Assembly (NCBI GenBank): GCA_963675525.2
Contig: CAXXSL010000013.1
Coordinates: 352,001 to 416,000, forward strand
Reading direction: 5' to 3'
From: Anaerohalosphaeraceae bacterium
Lineage (GTDB): Bacteria > Planctomycetota > Phycisphaerae > Sedimentisphaerales > Anaerohalosphaeraceae
Length of the DNA stretch: 64,000 nucleotides
The notes below the pieces were generated by a model. That model was not told the origin of the DNA, did no database searches, and saw only the letters and a list, made by a program, of their open reading frames with translations. Positions 49,072 through 58,539 of the stretch are shown piece by piece (the first letter of the stretch is position 1; each line of letters starts with the position of its first letter). Both the position numbers and the translations under genes were made by a program.

Positions 49072-49712
49072 CAGCCTGAAAGGCTGATGTAATATAGCCC
49101 GGGGCAACGCCCCGGGATTAGAAGTCGCACAACCCTCCCTCGCCCTGAAGGGGCAATATAATCAATCCCAAAGATACTGTTCATCATATTCGATACCATA
49201 TTTTTGAAGAAAGGCAAGAAACTCTTCTTTAAACGTAACCGTCCGATGATGTTCTTTCTGCCCAGCGATATAACGCTTTAACGAATCCATTCTGGAACTG
49301 CTGACGGAAAATGCCCCGTATCCATTCTGCCACGCAAACTTTTCATACATGCCATTTTTCGTTTTAATCCAGCGGCTGCTGGAACGTTTGATGTCCTCAA
49401 TATACTTCGACAATGTTACAATTCTTGGCAATGAAGACAATACATGCACATGGTCGGCCGCTCCATTTATTAAATACGGAATGCCACCTATTTTCTTGAT
49501 AATACCGCCCTTATAAGCAAAAAGTTCCGGTTCAACATTCGTTTGGATAAAGGGGTAACGTTCTTTGGTGCTGAAAACAATATGCACATAAATTTGAGCC
49601 AATGACTGCGGCATAATTGTTTATCCTGCCCTTACAGGGCGTTTTTTGTTTTTTGGATACTCTTTTTCCCGGGGCGTTGCCCCGGGCTATATTATCCCGG
49701 CCCTTCAGGCCG
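49072..49712 (-). mobile_element. IS200-like tnpA bracketed by inverted tripartite hairpin units (49072-49154 and 49628-49712)
   Basis: Identical 22-nt core tagcccggggcaacgccccggg on opposite strands; GCCC..GGGC hairpins; no tnpB. Confidence 0.88.
49162..49614 (-). CDS. tnpA: IS200/IS605-family Y1 transposase
   Basis: HIVFSTKER, DHVHVL, FAWQNGYGAFSVS, YIAGQKEHH. Confidence 0.93.
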   Translation of the reverse strand: MPQSLAQIYVHIVFSTKERYPFIQTNVEPELFAYKGGIIKKIGGIPYLINGAADHVHVLSSLPRIVTLSKYIEDIKRSSSRWIKTKNGMYEKFAWQNGYGAFSVSSSRMDSLKRYIAGQKEHHRTVTFKEEFLAFLQKYGIEYDEQYLWD

Positions 49713-49726
49713 TATCATAGCATATA

Positions 49727-50824
49727 TTACACCCCAAAACTTGTGCCCACCGCTTTGGCGGCGGCAACGAGCGGGTCGTTTGTTTTGACTGTTTTTATTT
49801 TTCCCGCAATACGAGACAGCGGCACGTCACCAAGCTTGCCGTCTTTCCAGACGACCAGACGATTGACATGCCCTTTCATCAGCAATTCCAATGCATGGTG
49901 GCCGAAATTGGTCCCCAGTATGCGGTCCATCGGCGTTGGTGAACCGCCCCGCTGAACATGGCCCAGATTGACCGCCCGGCAGGACAGGCCCGTTATTTGC
50001 TCAAGCTGCTCAGCCAACACACCGGAAACGCCGCCCAGGCGAATCGGATCGGGGCTGTTTTTGATCTTCTTAAAAATGGTCTGTTTGCCGCCTTTGGCTT
50101 TGGCGCCTTCGGCAACCGTAATAATGCTGAACCGTTTGCCTTTCTTGGAACGGGCCAGAACGTAGTCTGCGATCTTGTCCAGCATATACGGGATTTCCGG
50201 GATCAAAATCACATCCGAGCCCCCCGCCACGCCCGCGTGCAGCGCGATCCAGCCCGCATAGCGGCCCATGACCTCAATGATCATGACGCGGTGGTGCGAA
50301 CTGGCGGTGGTGTGAATCTTATCAATCGCGTCCGTGGCTGTTGTTACCGCGGTATTAAAACCGAATGTCACATCCGTCCCAAAAATATCGTTGTCAATGG
50401 TTTTAGGAACGCCCATAACGGGAAATCCCTTCGCAGCGAATTCCGCCGCCGACGCCATGGTCCCGTCTCCACCGATGCAAACAAGGGCTTCAATACCATG
50501 CTGTCTGAGATTTTCCATGCATTGATCCGAAACGTCTTTGTTTCGCGTCCGCTTGCCGACCGTCACCGGGAATGAAAACGGATTGGAGGTATTCGACGAG
50601 CCGAGAATGGTTCCGCCGATCGTCAGGATACCGCTGACATCCTGATAGTTCAGCGGATGGATGCGGCCTTCGATCAAGCCCAGATAACCGTCTTCGATTC
50701 CCCAGACGTCGAGTTTGTGACGATTGATCGCGGTTTTTGTGACCGCACGAATCACGGCATTTAAGCCCGGACAATCGCCCCCGCCCGTCATGACCGCAAT
50801 GCGTTTAATCTTTTTCTTTGCCAT
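49727..50824 (-). CDS. pfkA: 6-phosphofructokinase
   Basis: TGGGDCPGLNAVIR, IGGDGT, PKTIDND, EVMGR, LGHVQRGG. Confidence 0.95.
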   Translation of the reverse strand: MAKKKIKRIAVMTGGGDCPGLNAVIRAVTKTAINRHKLDVWGIEDGYLGLIEGRIHPLNYQDVSGILTIGGTILGSSNTSNPFSFPVTVGKRTRNKDVSDQCMENLRQHGIEALVCIGGDGTMASAAEFAAKGFPVMGVPKTIDNDIFGTDVTFGFNTAVTTATDAIDKIHTTASSHHRVMIIEVMGRYAGWIALHAGVAGGSDVILIPEIPYMLDKIADYVLARSKKGKRFSIITVAEGAKAKGGKQTIFKKIKNSPDPIRLGGVSGVLAEQLEQITGLSCRAVNLGHVQRGGSPTPMDRILGTNFGHHALELLMKGHVNRLVVWKDGKLGDVPLSRIAGKIKTVKTNDPLVAAAKAVGTSFGV

Positions 50825-50876
50825 ACGCCTGAACCTTTCAAAAAATCCTTTTTCTATACTTTACGAAAAACGGCGC

Positions 50877-50915
50877 AAAAAACAAGGCCTCAGTTCGTAA
50901 AAACTTAAGGCCTTG
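50877..50915 (-). terminator. Intrinsic terminator after tkt
   Basis: caaggcct...aggccttg stem followed by a U-run on the minus strand. Confidence 0.65.
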
Positions 50916-50937
50916 CTGTTTCATTGTTTTTGAAAGA

Positions 50938-52944
50938 TTAGACTTTTGCGATGGATTTTTTAGCCGCTGCAACTACGGCTTCGGCGGTGAAACCGAAGTT
51001 TTTGAAGCAGTCTTTGAACGTACCGGAGGAACCGAACGTGGTCATGCCGATAAACTCGCCATCGGTTCCGAGGTATTTCCACCAGCCGTGTTCGACACCG
51101 GCTTCAACCCCGACACGCGCCTTGACGGACGCCGGAATGACACTTTCCTTATAGGCGGCATCCTGCTGATCGAACAATTCCCAGCACGGCATGGAGACCA
51201 CCTGGGCCTTGACGCCTTCGCCAGCCAATGTCGCATGAGCCTCAACGGCAAGCTGCACTTCCGAACCGGTCGCCAACAGCAGGACATCCGGCTTGGCTTC
51301 AGGAATCAGGACATACGCCCCTTTGTCAAAATTCTTCATGCCGGTATATTTCGCCGGATCCAGAACGGGAAGGTTCTGGCGGGTCAGCGCCGTTGCCACA
51401 GGCCCGTCATTATGCTCTAAGATATATTTCCACATCAGGACCGTTTCGTTGGCATCGGCCGGACGGAATGTTAACAGGTTTGGCAGTATTCTCAGCGAAG
51501 CAAGCGTCTCCACCGGCTGATGGGTCGGGCCGTCTTCGCCGACACCGATACTGTCATGGGTAAACAGGAAAATCGTCGGGTACTTGGAGATTGCCGCAAC
51601 ACGAAGCGCCCCCCGCATATAATCGGCAAAGACCATAAATGTTCCGCCGTACGGACGTAGGATACCGCTAACGGCAATCCCGTTCATGATGGCAGCCATC
51701 GCATGTTCTCGTACACCGTAGCGGATATAGCGACCGGTGCGGTTGTCTTTCTGGAAATCCTGAGCCTCCTTGAAATGCGTATTGTTGGAGGGCGTCAGAT
51801 CCGCCGAACCGGCCAGTACCAGCGGCATCGACGGCATCAGGGCCGCGAGTGTCTTGCCGGAAGCTGAACGTGTCGCGATCGGAGCTGCCGGGTCAAAAAT
51901 CGGCAGTTTGCTTTCGTCAATTTTGACCTTCCCTGCAATCGCATCGGTTAATTCTTTGGCCAGTTCCGGATACGCCTTGGCGTAAGCATCAAAGAGTTCC
52001 TGGTATTCGGCTCGGAGCTTCGCCGCTTTTTCTTTGGCTTGCCCTGCAAGCGCAGCCGCTTCGGCAGGCACGACAAATTTCTTTTCCGGGTCCCAGCCTG
52101 CATTGGTTTTGATGAGCTTGATTTCGTCGTCACCCAGCGGCGCCCCATGCGCCGTGTGGGTATCCTGGAAGTTGGGACTGCCGAATCCAATGTGTGAACG
52201 AAACTTGATCAGCGTCGGGGCCTTCGTTTGACTGCGAGCGGCCTCCAGGGCCTTCTCCAAGTCTTCGATATTCTCACCATCGCCGCCCACTTCGATGACA
52301 TTCCAATGGTACGCCTTATATCGCTGAACAACATCTTCCGTAAATGACAGGCTGGTTTCGCCGTCAATGGTAATGTGGTTGTCGTCATAAATGACGACCA
52401 GGTTGTCCAGTCCAAGATGCCCTGCCAGAGAACTGGCTTCGCCGCTGACGCCTTCCTGCAAACACCCATCGCCGCAGATGGCGTAAATCGTGTAATCGAA
52501 GATGGAAAACTTATCTTTATTGTAACGAGCGGCCAGATATTTTTGAGCAATCGCCATTCCCACGGCATTGGAAACCCCTTGTCCAAGCGGACCGGTAGTG
52601 ACTTCCACACCCGCCGTATGGCCATATTCAGGATGACCGGCAGTCAGGCTGCCCCATTGGCGGAATTTTTTCAATTCATCCAGCGGCATATCATACCCGA
52701 ACAGATGCAAGAGTGAATAAAGCAGCATACTGCCATGGCCCGCAGACAGAACAAAACGGTCACGATTGATCCACTTCGGATCATTTGGGTCGAATTTAAG
52801 GTGCCGCTGCCAAAGGGCATAAGCCGCTGCCGCCATCCCCATCGGCATCCCCGGATGGCCGGATTTAGCCGCCTGAACACCATCCATTGAAAGAAAGCGT
52901 ATGGTTTGAACGCATACATTATCAAGTTCTGAAAGTCCGGACAT
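50938..52944 (-). CDS. tkt: Transketolase
   Basis: SGHPGMPMG, RDRFVLSAGH, TTGPLGQG, GDGCLQEG, GEDGPTHQP; AGGAGG RBS. Confidence 0.97.
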   Translation of the reverse strand: MSGLSELDNVCVQTIRFLSMDGVQAAKSGHPGMPMGMAAAAYALWQRHLKFDPNDPKWINRDRFVLSAGHGSMLLYSLLHLFGYDMPLDELKKFRQWGSLTAGHPEYGHTAGVEVTTGPLGQGVSNAVGMAIAQKYLAARYNKDKFSIFDYTIYAICGDGCLQEGVSGEASSLAGHLGLDNLVVIYDDNHITIDGETSLSFTEDVVQRYKAYHWNVIEVGGDGENIEDLEKALEAARSQTKAPTLIKFRSHIGFGSPNFQDTHTAHGAPLGDDEIKLIKTNAGWDPEKKFVVPAEAAALAGQAKEKAAKLRAEYQELFDAYAKAYPELAKELTDAIAGKVKIDESKLPIFDPAAPIATRSASGKTLAALMPSMPLVLAGSADLTPSNNTHFKEAQDFQKDNRTGRYIRYGVREHAMAAIMNGIAVSGILRPYGGTFMVFADYMRGALRVAAISKYPTIFLFTHDSIGVGEDGPTHQPVETLASLRILPNLLTFRPADANETVLMWKYILEHNDGPVATALTRQNLPVLDPAKYTGMKNFDKGAYVLIPEAKPDVLLLATGSEVQLAVEAHATLAGEGVKAQVVSMPCWELFDQQDAAYKESVIPASVKARVGVEAGVEHGWWKYLGTDGEFIGMTTFGSSGTFKDCFKNFGFTAEAVVAAAKKSIAKV

Positions 52945-53355
52945 TGCTTCTTTGACCTCCTGCATAAGTTATTTATATTAAAATAGTTACAAAATATTCA
53001 ACGATTGAACGGATGCTTTTTACTGTACGATAAAGGACACGTATGATACTCATCAAAAACATTTGTTGCAAGGATTTTAGAGAAAATACGCAACAAAAAG
53101 TAAATTAAGACGTCTAATAATATAGAAGAACAAAATATGTCCCAAAAACGTACAAAAAACAACTTGAGTAATGTTAGAAGAGAGGATTTTTTATTAATTT
53201 TTCTTATATATACATAAGCTCTACTTTTTACTAAAAGTATTTAATGAGCGGCTGAAGCTGGAATGTTTTTCCGATATCTTCTTTAAAAATAAAGAGTTAC
53301 AGATAAACAAAAGAAGGCTTCTCACATAAGATTTGAGATAACTTTTAGTAATCAA

Positions 53356-53384
53356 TTGACTTTAAATATTAATTCTGTTATTAT
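53356..53384 (+). promoter_or_regulatory. Putative folC promoter
   Basis: TTGACT, 17 bp, TATTAT ending 10 nt before ATG 53395; the track's TTG start is the -35 box. Confidence 0.6.
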
Positions 53385-53394
53385 CCTTCTGATT

Positions 53395-54846
53395 ATGACA
53401 ACAACACGGAAAAGTACAGGGAAGAAACCCCTTAAGAAGGCAGCCAAAAAGAAACCCTCTTCTGCGGCAGTCGAAAAGGTCAAACGTCCCACAAAGGCGT
53501 TTCGTACTTATGGTCAGGCAATGCAGTATTTATTCAATGCGACTGATTATGAGCGACAGCAGAAGCTGCGCTATAATGTCACCACGTTCGACCTGGACCG
53601 TATGAATAAATTACTGAAAGGTTTGGGGGATCCGCATAAAAAAACAAAAACCATCCATATTGCCGGTACGAAAGGAAAAGGCTCAACCGCCACAATGCTG
53701 GCCAAGATGATCCAGGCTAACGGCTATAAGGTTGGCCTGTACACCTCGCCGCACGTCACTTCTCTGCATGAACGAATCGTGGTTGACTCGGAAATGATCT
53801 CTCGGAAAAACATGCTGAGTTTGATCAACCGTTTATACCCGGTCATTGAAAAGCTGGCAAAAAATGATGACAGCCCGACCTTTTTTGAGATCATGACAGC
53901 TATTGCCTTTTTGCATTTTGCCGACACCGGTGTCGATGTCTCTGTAATTGAAACGGGCCTGGGAGGTCGTTTAGACAGTACAAACGTTATCAGCCCGGAA
54001 TTAATCGGAATTACCCATATCAGTATCGATCATCAAAATCTTCTTGGCAATTCTCTGGACAGCATCGCTACGGAAAAAGCCGGTGTTATCAAGAAGGGGA
54101 TTCCGGTGGTTACCGTACCACAGGAAGCAGTCGCCATGCGTGCACTGAAAAAGCAGGCAAATGCCCTGAACGCCCCTCTTGTTGTTACAGGGAAAGATGT
54201 TGATTTTTCCTATCGGTTCGAGTCTTCACGTGAGCATGGTCCTCATAACCGGATTTGCCTGACGACTCCCAGCAGTCGATTCGAACACCTTCGTGTACCG
54301 CTGCCGGGAGAACATCAGGCCATCAATTGCGGTCTGGCGCTTGCAATGCTGGATAAACTGAAACATCAGGGATATACGATTGATGACCAGAAAGCTATTT
54401 CCGGCTTGAATGAAGTTAAACTGGTTGGCCGAATGGAAATGGTCTGCGAGGACCCTCGCATTCTGGTCGATGCCGCTCATAATGCATCGAGTATCCGTGC
54501 CTTAATCCAGGCGATTGGCCAGCATGTACCGTACGACTCGATGATCATCATTTTAGGCTGCAACAACGACAAAGACATACGAGGCATTCTAACCGAACTT
54601 CAGTACGGTGCCGATAAAGTCATTTTTACGCGCAGCAATTCTCCGAAAGCTGTTTATCCGGGAGATCTTGCCGATATGTATACTGAGGTCTGTGGAAAGA
54701 TGTGCCAAACCACTCTTTCCCTCAAGGAAGCGATCCGCGTTGCCCGCAGCGCCGTTTCACGTGAAGATCTAATATGTATTACCGGCAGTTTCTATTTAGT
54801 GGGCCAGGCAAAACAACTGTTTTCGTCTGAAAATATAACGCCATAA
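53395..54846 (+). CDS. folC: Folylpolyglutamate synthase/dihydrofolate synthase
   Basis: HIAGTKGKGST, GLYTSPH, ETGLGGRLDSTNV, EKAG, DAAHN, TGSFYLVG; Lys-rich N-terminal extension. Confidence 0.93.
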   Translation: MTTTRKSTGKKPLKKAAKKKPSSAAVEKVKRPTKAFRTYGQAMQYLFNATDYERQQKLRYNVTTFDLDRMNKLLKGLGDPHKKTKTIHIAGTKGKGSTATMLAKMIQANGYKVGLYTSPHVTSLHERIVVDSEMISRKNMLSLINRLYPVIEKLAKNDDSPTFFEIMTAIAFLHFADTGVDVSVIETGLGGRLDSTNVISPELIGITHISIDHQNLLGNSLDSIATEKAGVIKKGIPVVTVPQEAVAMRALKKQANALNAPLVVTGKDVDFSYRFESSREHGPHNRICLTTPSSRFEHLRVPLPGEHQAINCGLALAMLDKLKHQGYTIDDQKAISGLNEVKLVGRMEMVCEDPRILVDAAHNASSIRALIQAIGQHVPYDSMIIILGCNNDKDIRGILTELQYGADKVIFTRSNSPKAVYPGDLADMYTEVCGKMCQTTLSLKEAIRVARSAVSREDLICITGSFYLVGQAKQLFSSENITP

Positions 54847-55081
54847 ACCCTCTTTTCAGTCGACATATGCACGCTTTTATCAGCGCTTAGGTTTTTTAAA
54901 AATATCCTCTATTTGACTGATTTTTTAGTTGCTTTAAAATAACGGAGCGATAAACTTTTGTTCAGGTTTATCGGAAAAAAGTGTATAGAGTAAGACCGTC
55001 ATGACGATAAAGAACTAATGAAAAACGTAACTAAATTAAATGTAATCAGGAAACAAACGGATTTTTGAAAGGAGATCAAAA

Positions 55082-55873
55082 ATGAGAAAAGTTTTAGTGG
55101 GACTGTTGGTATTATGGAGTGTTGCCGCTGTCGCAAATGCTGCGAACATCGGCGGCCAGGAAGTGGGTGTCACGGTTGATACAACGTATACAACCAAGTA
55201 CATCTGGCGCGGTTTTGATATACTGGATGACAAGGCCGCTTTCCAGCCAAGTGTTAACTTTGATCTTGGCAATGGCTTTAGCTTTAATGTCTGGGGTTCG
55301 CTCGCCGGTTCCTCAAAAGGCGATGGCAGCAAAAGTACTGTGGATGCCGAGGAATGGGATTATACTCTGGCCTACAGCAATTCAATCAACGAAGGGTGTT
55401 CTTCCAAGACGGACTACACCATCGGATGGCGTTTCTATGACTATCCGGATATGGCGTCCAATGATGCTGATCTCCAGGAAGTCTTCCTGAGCGTCGCCAT
55501 GCCGGAACTGGTTGGCGGCGGTGTTACCCCGCATGCTGCATTCATGCAGATGTGGCCCTCTGAAGGCAGCGGTGCAGTCCACGATTATTCCGGCGCTATT
55601 TACCTGGTTGGTTTAACGTATGGTTTTTCTCTGGACAGCGCCCCTGAACTGCCGATGACGTTTGGCTGGGATATCGTCTACAACGACGGAACCGGTGCCG
55701 ATGCCGTCGATTCAGACTGGTCGCACATGGTTTGGAGCCTGTCAACATCCATGACATGCCCGATGACCGGCGCATCTGTTACTCCGGCCATCTACTACCA
55801 GAACTCTTTCGAAGACACCGTCAACACTGAAGATGAATTCTGGGCAAGCATTTCTTATAGCTTCAACTTCTAA
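55082..55873 (+). CDS. Outer-membrane beta-barrel (TorF/TIGR02001-like)
   Basis: Signal peptide; KYIWRG, FQPSV, EWDYT; terminal ISYSFNF. Confidence 0.75.
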   Translation: MRKVLVGLLVLWSVAAVANAANIGGQEVGVTVDTTYTTKYIWRGFDILDDKAAFQPSVNFDLGNGFSFNVWGSLAGSSKGDGSKSTVDAEEWDYTLAYSNSINEGCSSKTDYTIGWRFYDYPDMASNDADLQEVFLSVAMPELVGGGVTPHAAFMQMWPSEGSGAVHDYSGAIYLVGLTYGFSLDSAPELPMTFGWDIVYNDGTGADAVDSDWSHMVWSLSTSMTCPMTGASVTPAIYYQNSFEDTVNTEDEFWASISYSFNF

Positions 55874-55894
55874 GCTTGTTTGAAAATACCATTG

Positions 55895-55929
55895 AAAAAG
55901 GCCGGCCCTGAAAAGCCGGCCTTTTTTTT
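55895..55929. terminator. Bidirectional intrinsic terminator
   Basis: aaaaaggccggc-cctgaaaa-gccggcctttttttt. Confidence 0.9.
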
Positions 55930-55946
55930 GCCATTATCCGGAAATC

Positions 55947-56957
55947 TTATTGTATCCGGCCTGTGACATAACTCAAAAGAGCTGTAAGTGATTCTTTTGC
56001 CGGAGATAGAGGAATGGCTTCCAGATGCCGCTTTGCCTGCAAGATTCGTTTGTTTACCTGAGTAACAGCGGCATCAAGGCTGCCGGATTGTTTCATTTGC
56101 TCAACCAATACCTTCATCGAACAGCCTTGTTTGAGTTGGTCGATTCGCCGTTCTTTTTGGTCCTGATGCTGATGAACCCAGTGAATCACCGGCAATGTAC
56201 ATTTGCCCTGAAGTAAATCCGTCCCCAGTGTTTTTCCGGTTTCCTGCTCGTCACCTGTCATATCCAGCAGGTCGTCGGTTATTTGAAAAGCAACACCTAA
56301 GTCGGTCCCAAACTCGCCAATAGCCTGTATTTGTTCGTTAGAGGCTTTGGACGCAATTGCTCCAAGCTGGCAACTGCATCTGAACAAAGCCGCGGTTTTG
56401 GCGTCGATCAACTGATAGTATTGATGCTCCGAAATCTCCCAATTCCCTTTTTGGAAATTTTGCTGTAACTCCCCGTAGCAAAGGTCCTGAGCGGTTCGGC
56501 TCATGATGTCGACCGCTTCAGCAAATGGCACCTTGGTCCCCAGATAAAAAGCCTGGCTCAGAAGAAAATCACCTAAAAGAACAGCCGCTGTATTGCCCCA
56601 CAGAACATTCGCGGTTGTTTTGTCACGGCGTAGTTCGGCTGAATCGATAACATCATCATGTAAAAGCGAGGCACGATGCAGCAACTCAACCATCGCTGCA
56701 AGGTCAATATGTACCGCGTTAATCGGTCCAAAGCATTTACCTGATAACAGCACCAGGGATGGACGCAGCATTTTTCCGGGCTGACTGGCTAAACTGTAAA
56801 GGCATTCGGCAATCTGCTCGTTTGAAACGCGCAATAACTGATTGATGCATACATGGACCTGTTCAATTTCAGACCGGACCGGATCCAAAAAGCGAAGTTG
56901 CGAATCCACTTCAAGCGGAATAGCGGATAACTGATTATCCTTTTCAGGTGCGTGCAT
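55947..56957 (-). CDS. Long-chain polyprenyl diphosphate synthase (IspB-like)
   Basis: GKMLRP, LHDDVID...RR, KTA, FQITDDLLD, GKTLGTD. Confidence 0.92.
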   Translation of the reverse strand: MHAPEKDNQLSAIPLEVDSQLRFLDPVRSEIEQVHVCINQLLRVSNEQIAECLYSLASQPGKMLRPSLVLLSGKCFGPINAVHIDLAAMVELLHRASLLHDDVIDSAELRRDKTTANVLWGNTAAVLLGDFLLSQAFYLGTKVPFAEAVDIMSRTAQDLCYGELQQNFQKGNWEISEHQYYQLIDAKTAALFRCSCQLGAIASKASNEQIQAIGEFGTDLGVAFQITDDLLDMTGDEQETGKTLGTDLLQGKCTLPVIHWVHQHQDQKERRIDQLKQGCSMKVLVEQMKQSGSLDAAVTQVNKRILQAKRHLEAIPLSPAKESLTALLSYVTGRIQ

Positions 56958-57801
56958 ATTCAAAGAACTTTTTCCGCAGTAATTTCGTGATCGTGCCGGG
57001 GGCACCGTTTCCAACCTGACGCCCGTCCATCAGTACAACACCGATAACTTCGGCGGCAGTGCCGGTAAGAAACATTTCATCGGCAATATAAAGATCGAAC
57101 CGTGTCAGGTTTTTTTCGACAACTTGAATGTCTTCCTTGCCCGCAAGTTCGATGACCACCTGACGGGTAATACCGTCCAGCGAACCGGCCTGGACCGGCG
57201 GCGTATAAACGATGCCGTTTTTAACAATGAAAACATTGTCGCCGGTCGCTTCGGCAACATAGCCCAGATGATTATACATGATGCCCTCGCTGGCACCGGC
57301 CCGAACAGCTTCAATCTTAGCCAGAATATTATTAAGATAGTTCAGGCTTTTAACCTGCGGCGGACAGGCCAGCGGGTGGTTTCGTATGGTCGAAACGCTG
57401 ACCACTTCCATTCCCTTTTCATACAACTCTTCGGGATAAAGCTGGATGTTGTCTGCGATAATAATGATCCCGCCCTCATGACAAATAAAAGGGTTCAAAC
57501 CAAGGTCGCCGGTTCCACGGGTCACAATGAGGCGGATATATCCTTCCTGTACATTATTCGCCCGAATAGCCTGCTCCATCGCATCCTTCATTTCATCAGG
57601 ACTTATCGATATCGGAAGACAAATCACTTTTGCAGACTCATAAAGACGGTCCAGGTGAGCCCGGCATTCAAATATCTTCCCAGCGTAGACCCGGATACCC
57701 TCGAACACACCATCACCATAGAGCAACCCGTGATCAAACACGGAAATTTTTGCATCCTGTTCATCGACCAAATTGCCGTTTATCCAGACTTTCATTCCCA
57801 T
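56944..57801 (-). CDS. ilvE: Branched-chain amino acid aminotransferase
   Basis: DHGLLYGDGVFEG, YIRL, KSLNYLNN, EATGDNVF, LTGTAAEV. Confidence 0.95.
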   Translation of the reverse strand: MGMKVWINGNLVDEQDAKISVFDHGLLYGDGVFEGIRVYAGKIFECRAHLDRLYESAKVICLPISISPDEMKDAMEQAIRANNVQEGYIRLIVTRGTGDLGLNPFICHEGGIIIIADNIQLYPEELYEKGMEVVSVSTIRNHPLACPPQVKSLNYLNNILAKIEAVRAGASEGIMYNHLGYVAEATGDNVFIVKNGIVYTPPVQAGSLDGITRQVVIELAGKEDIQVVEKNLTRFDLYIADEMFLTGTAAEVIGVVLMDGRQVGNGAPGTITKLLRKKFFEYART

Positions 57802-57834
57802 CTGTCTCTCCAGAATTTTAACGATATCATGCTA

Positions 57835-58530
57835 TTATTCTGCCTGTTTAATTTTCCCGTCAACCAGCCGAATAACGGTTTGAGCCTGGGCTGCAATCCG
57901 CTCATCATGGGTCACCATGATCATCGTCTGTCCTTCGGCATTCAATTCCTTCAACGCCTCTAAGATACCATGTCCTGTCCGAGAGTCAAGATTTCCCGTT
58001 GGTTCATCGGCTAAAAGCAGCGGCGGGTCGTTAATCAGGGCACGTGCGATCGCCACACGCTGCCGCTCGCCACCGGATAATTCGTACGGTTTATGCCGCA
58101 ATCGTTCTTTCAGACCAAATCGCTCCAAAAGTACCTTTGCCTTGTTCTCGGCTTTTTCCCTCAGGTTAAACCAGCCCAGGGTTCCGGTTGAGGCCATGGC
58201 GGGAACCAGCACATTTTCCAATACCGATAATTCGTCCAAAAGATGGTAAAACTGAAAGACAAACCCAACTTTTTTGTTCCGGAATTGATCCAGTTTTGAC
58301 CGGCGGAAGGTTTTCAGGTTTTGGCCGTCAAATTCAACGTCGCCCTGATCAGGCGTATCCAGAGCCCCCAGAATATGTAACAGCGTACTTTTGCCGCAAC
58401 CTGAGGCTCCAATGATGGCAACAAGCCGGCCCTTTGGGACCGTCAGGTCGACCCCCTTGAGTACTTCAAGTCTGGCCTTGCCCATTTTATACGATTTATG
58501 AATGTTTTTGGCTCTCAATATCGTGTTCAT
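57835..58530 (-). CDS. lolD: Lipoprotein-releasing ABC ATPase
   Basis: GASGCGKSTLLH, GFVFQFYHLL, LSGGERQR, ADEPTGNLD. Confidence 0.88.
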   Translation of the reverse strand: MNTILRAKNIHKSYKMGKARLEVLKGVDLTVPKGRLVAIIGASGCGKSTLLHILGALDTPDQGDVEFDGQNLKTFRRSKLDQFRNKKVGFVFQFYHLLDELSVLENVLVPAMASTGTLGWFNLREKAENKAKVLLERFGLKERLRHKPYELSGGERQRVAIARALINDPPLLLADEPTGNLDSRTGHGILEALKELNAEGQTMIMVTHDERIAAQAQTVIRLVDGKIKQAE

Positions 58531-58539
58531 TTGACCTCT

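Noticed and set aside
46246..49079. Long plus-strand ORFs opposite mfd (similar ones oppose tkt, ilvE and lysS)
   Set aside because: Antisense frames produced by codon bias of conserved genes.
52965..53350. ncRNA or replication origin in the AT-rich tkt-folC gap (also 24830-25390)
   Set aside because: No DnaA-box cluster or stable structure was seen; consistent with divergent promoter regions.
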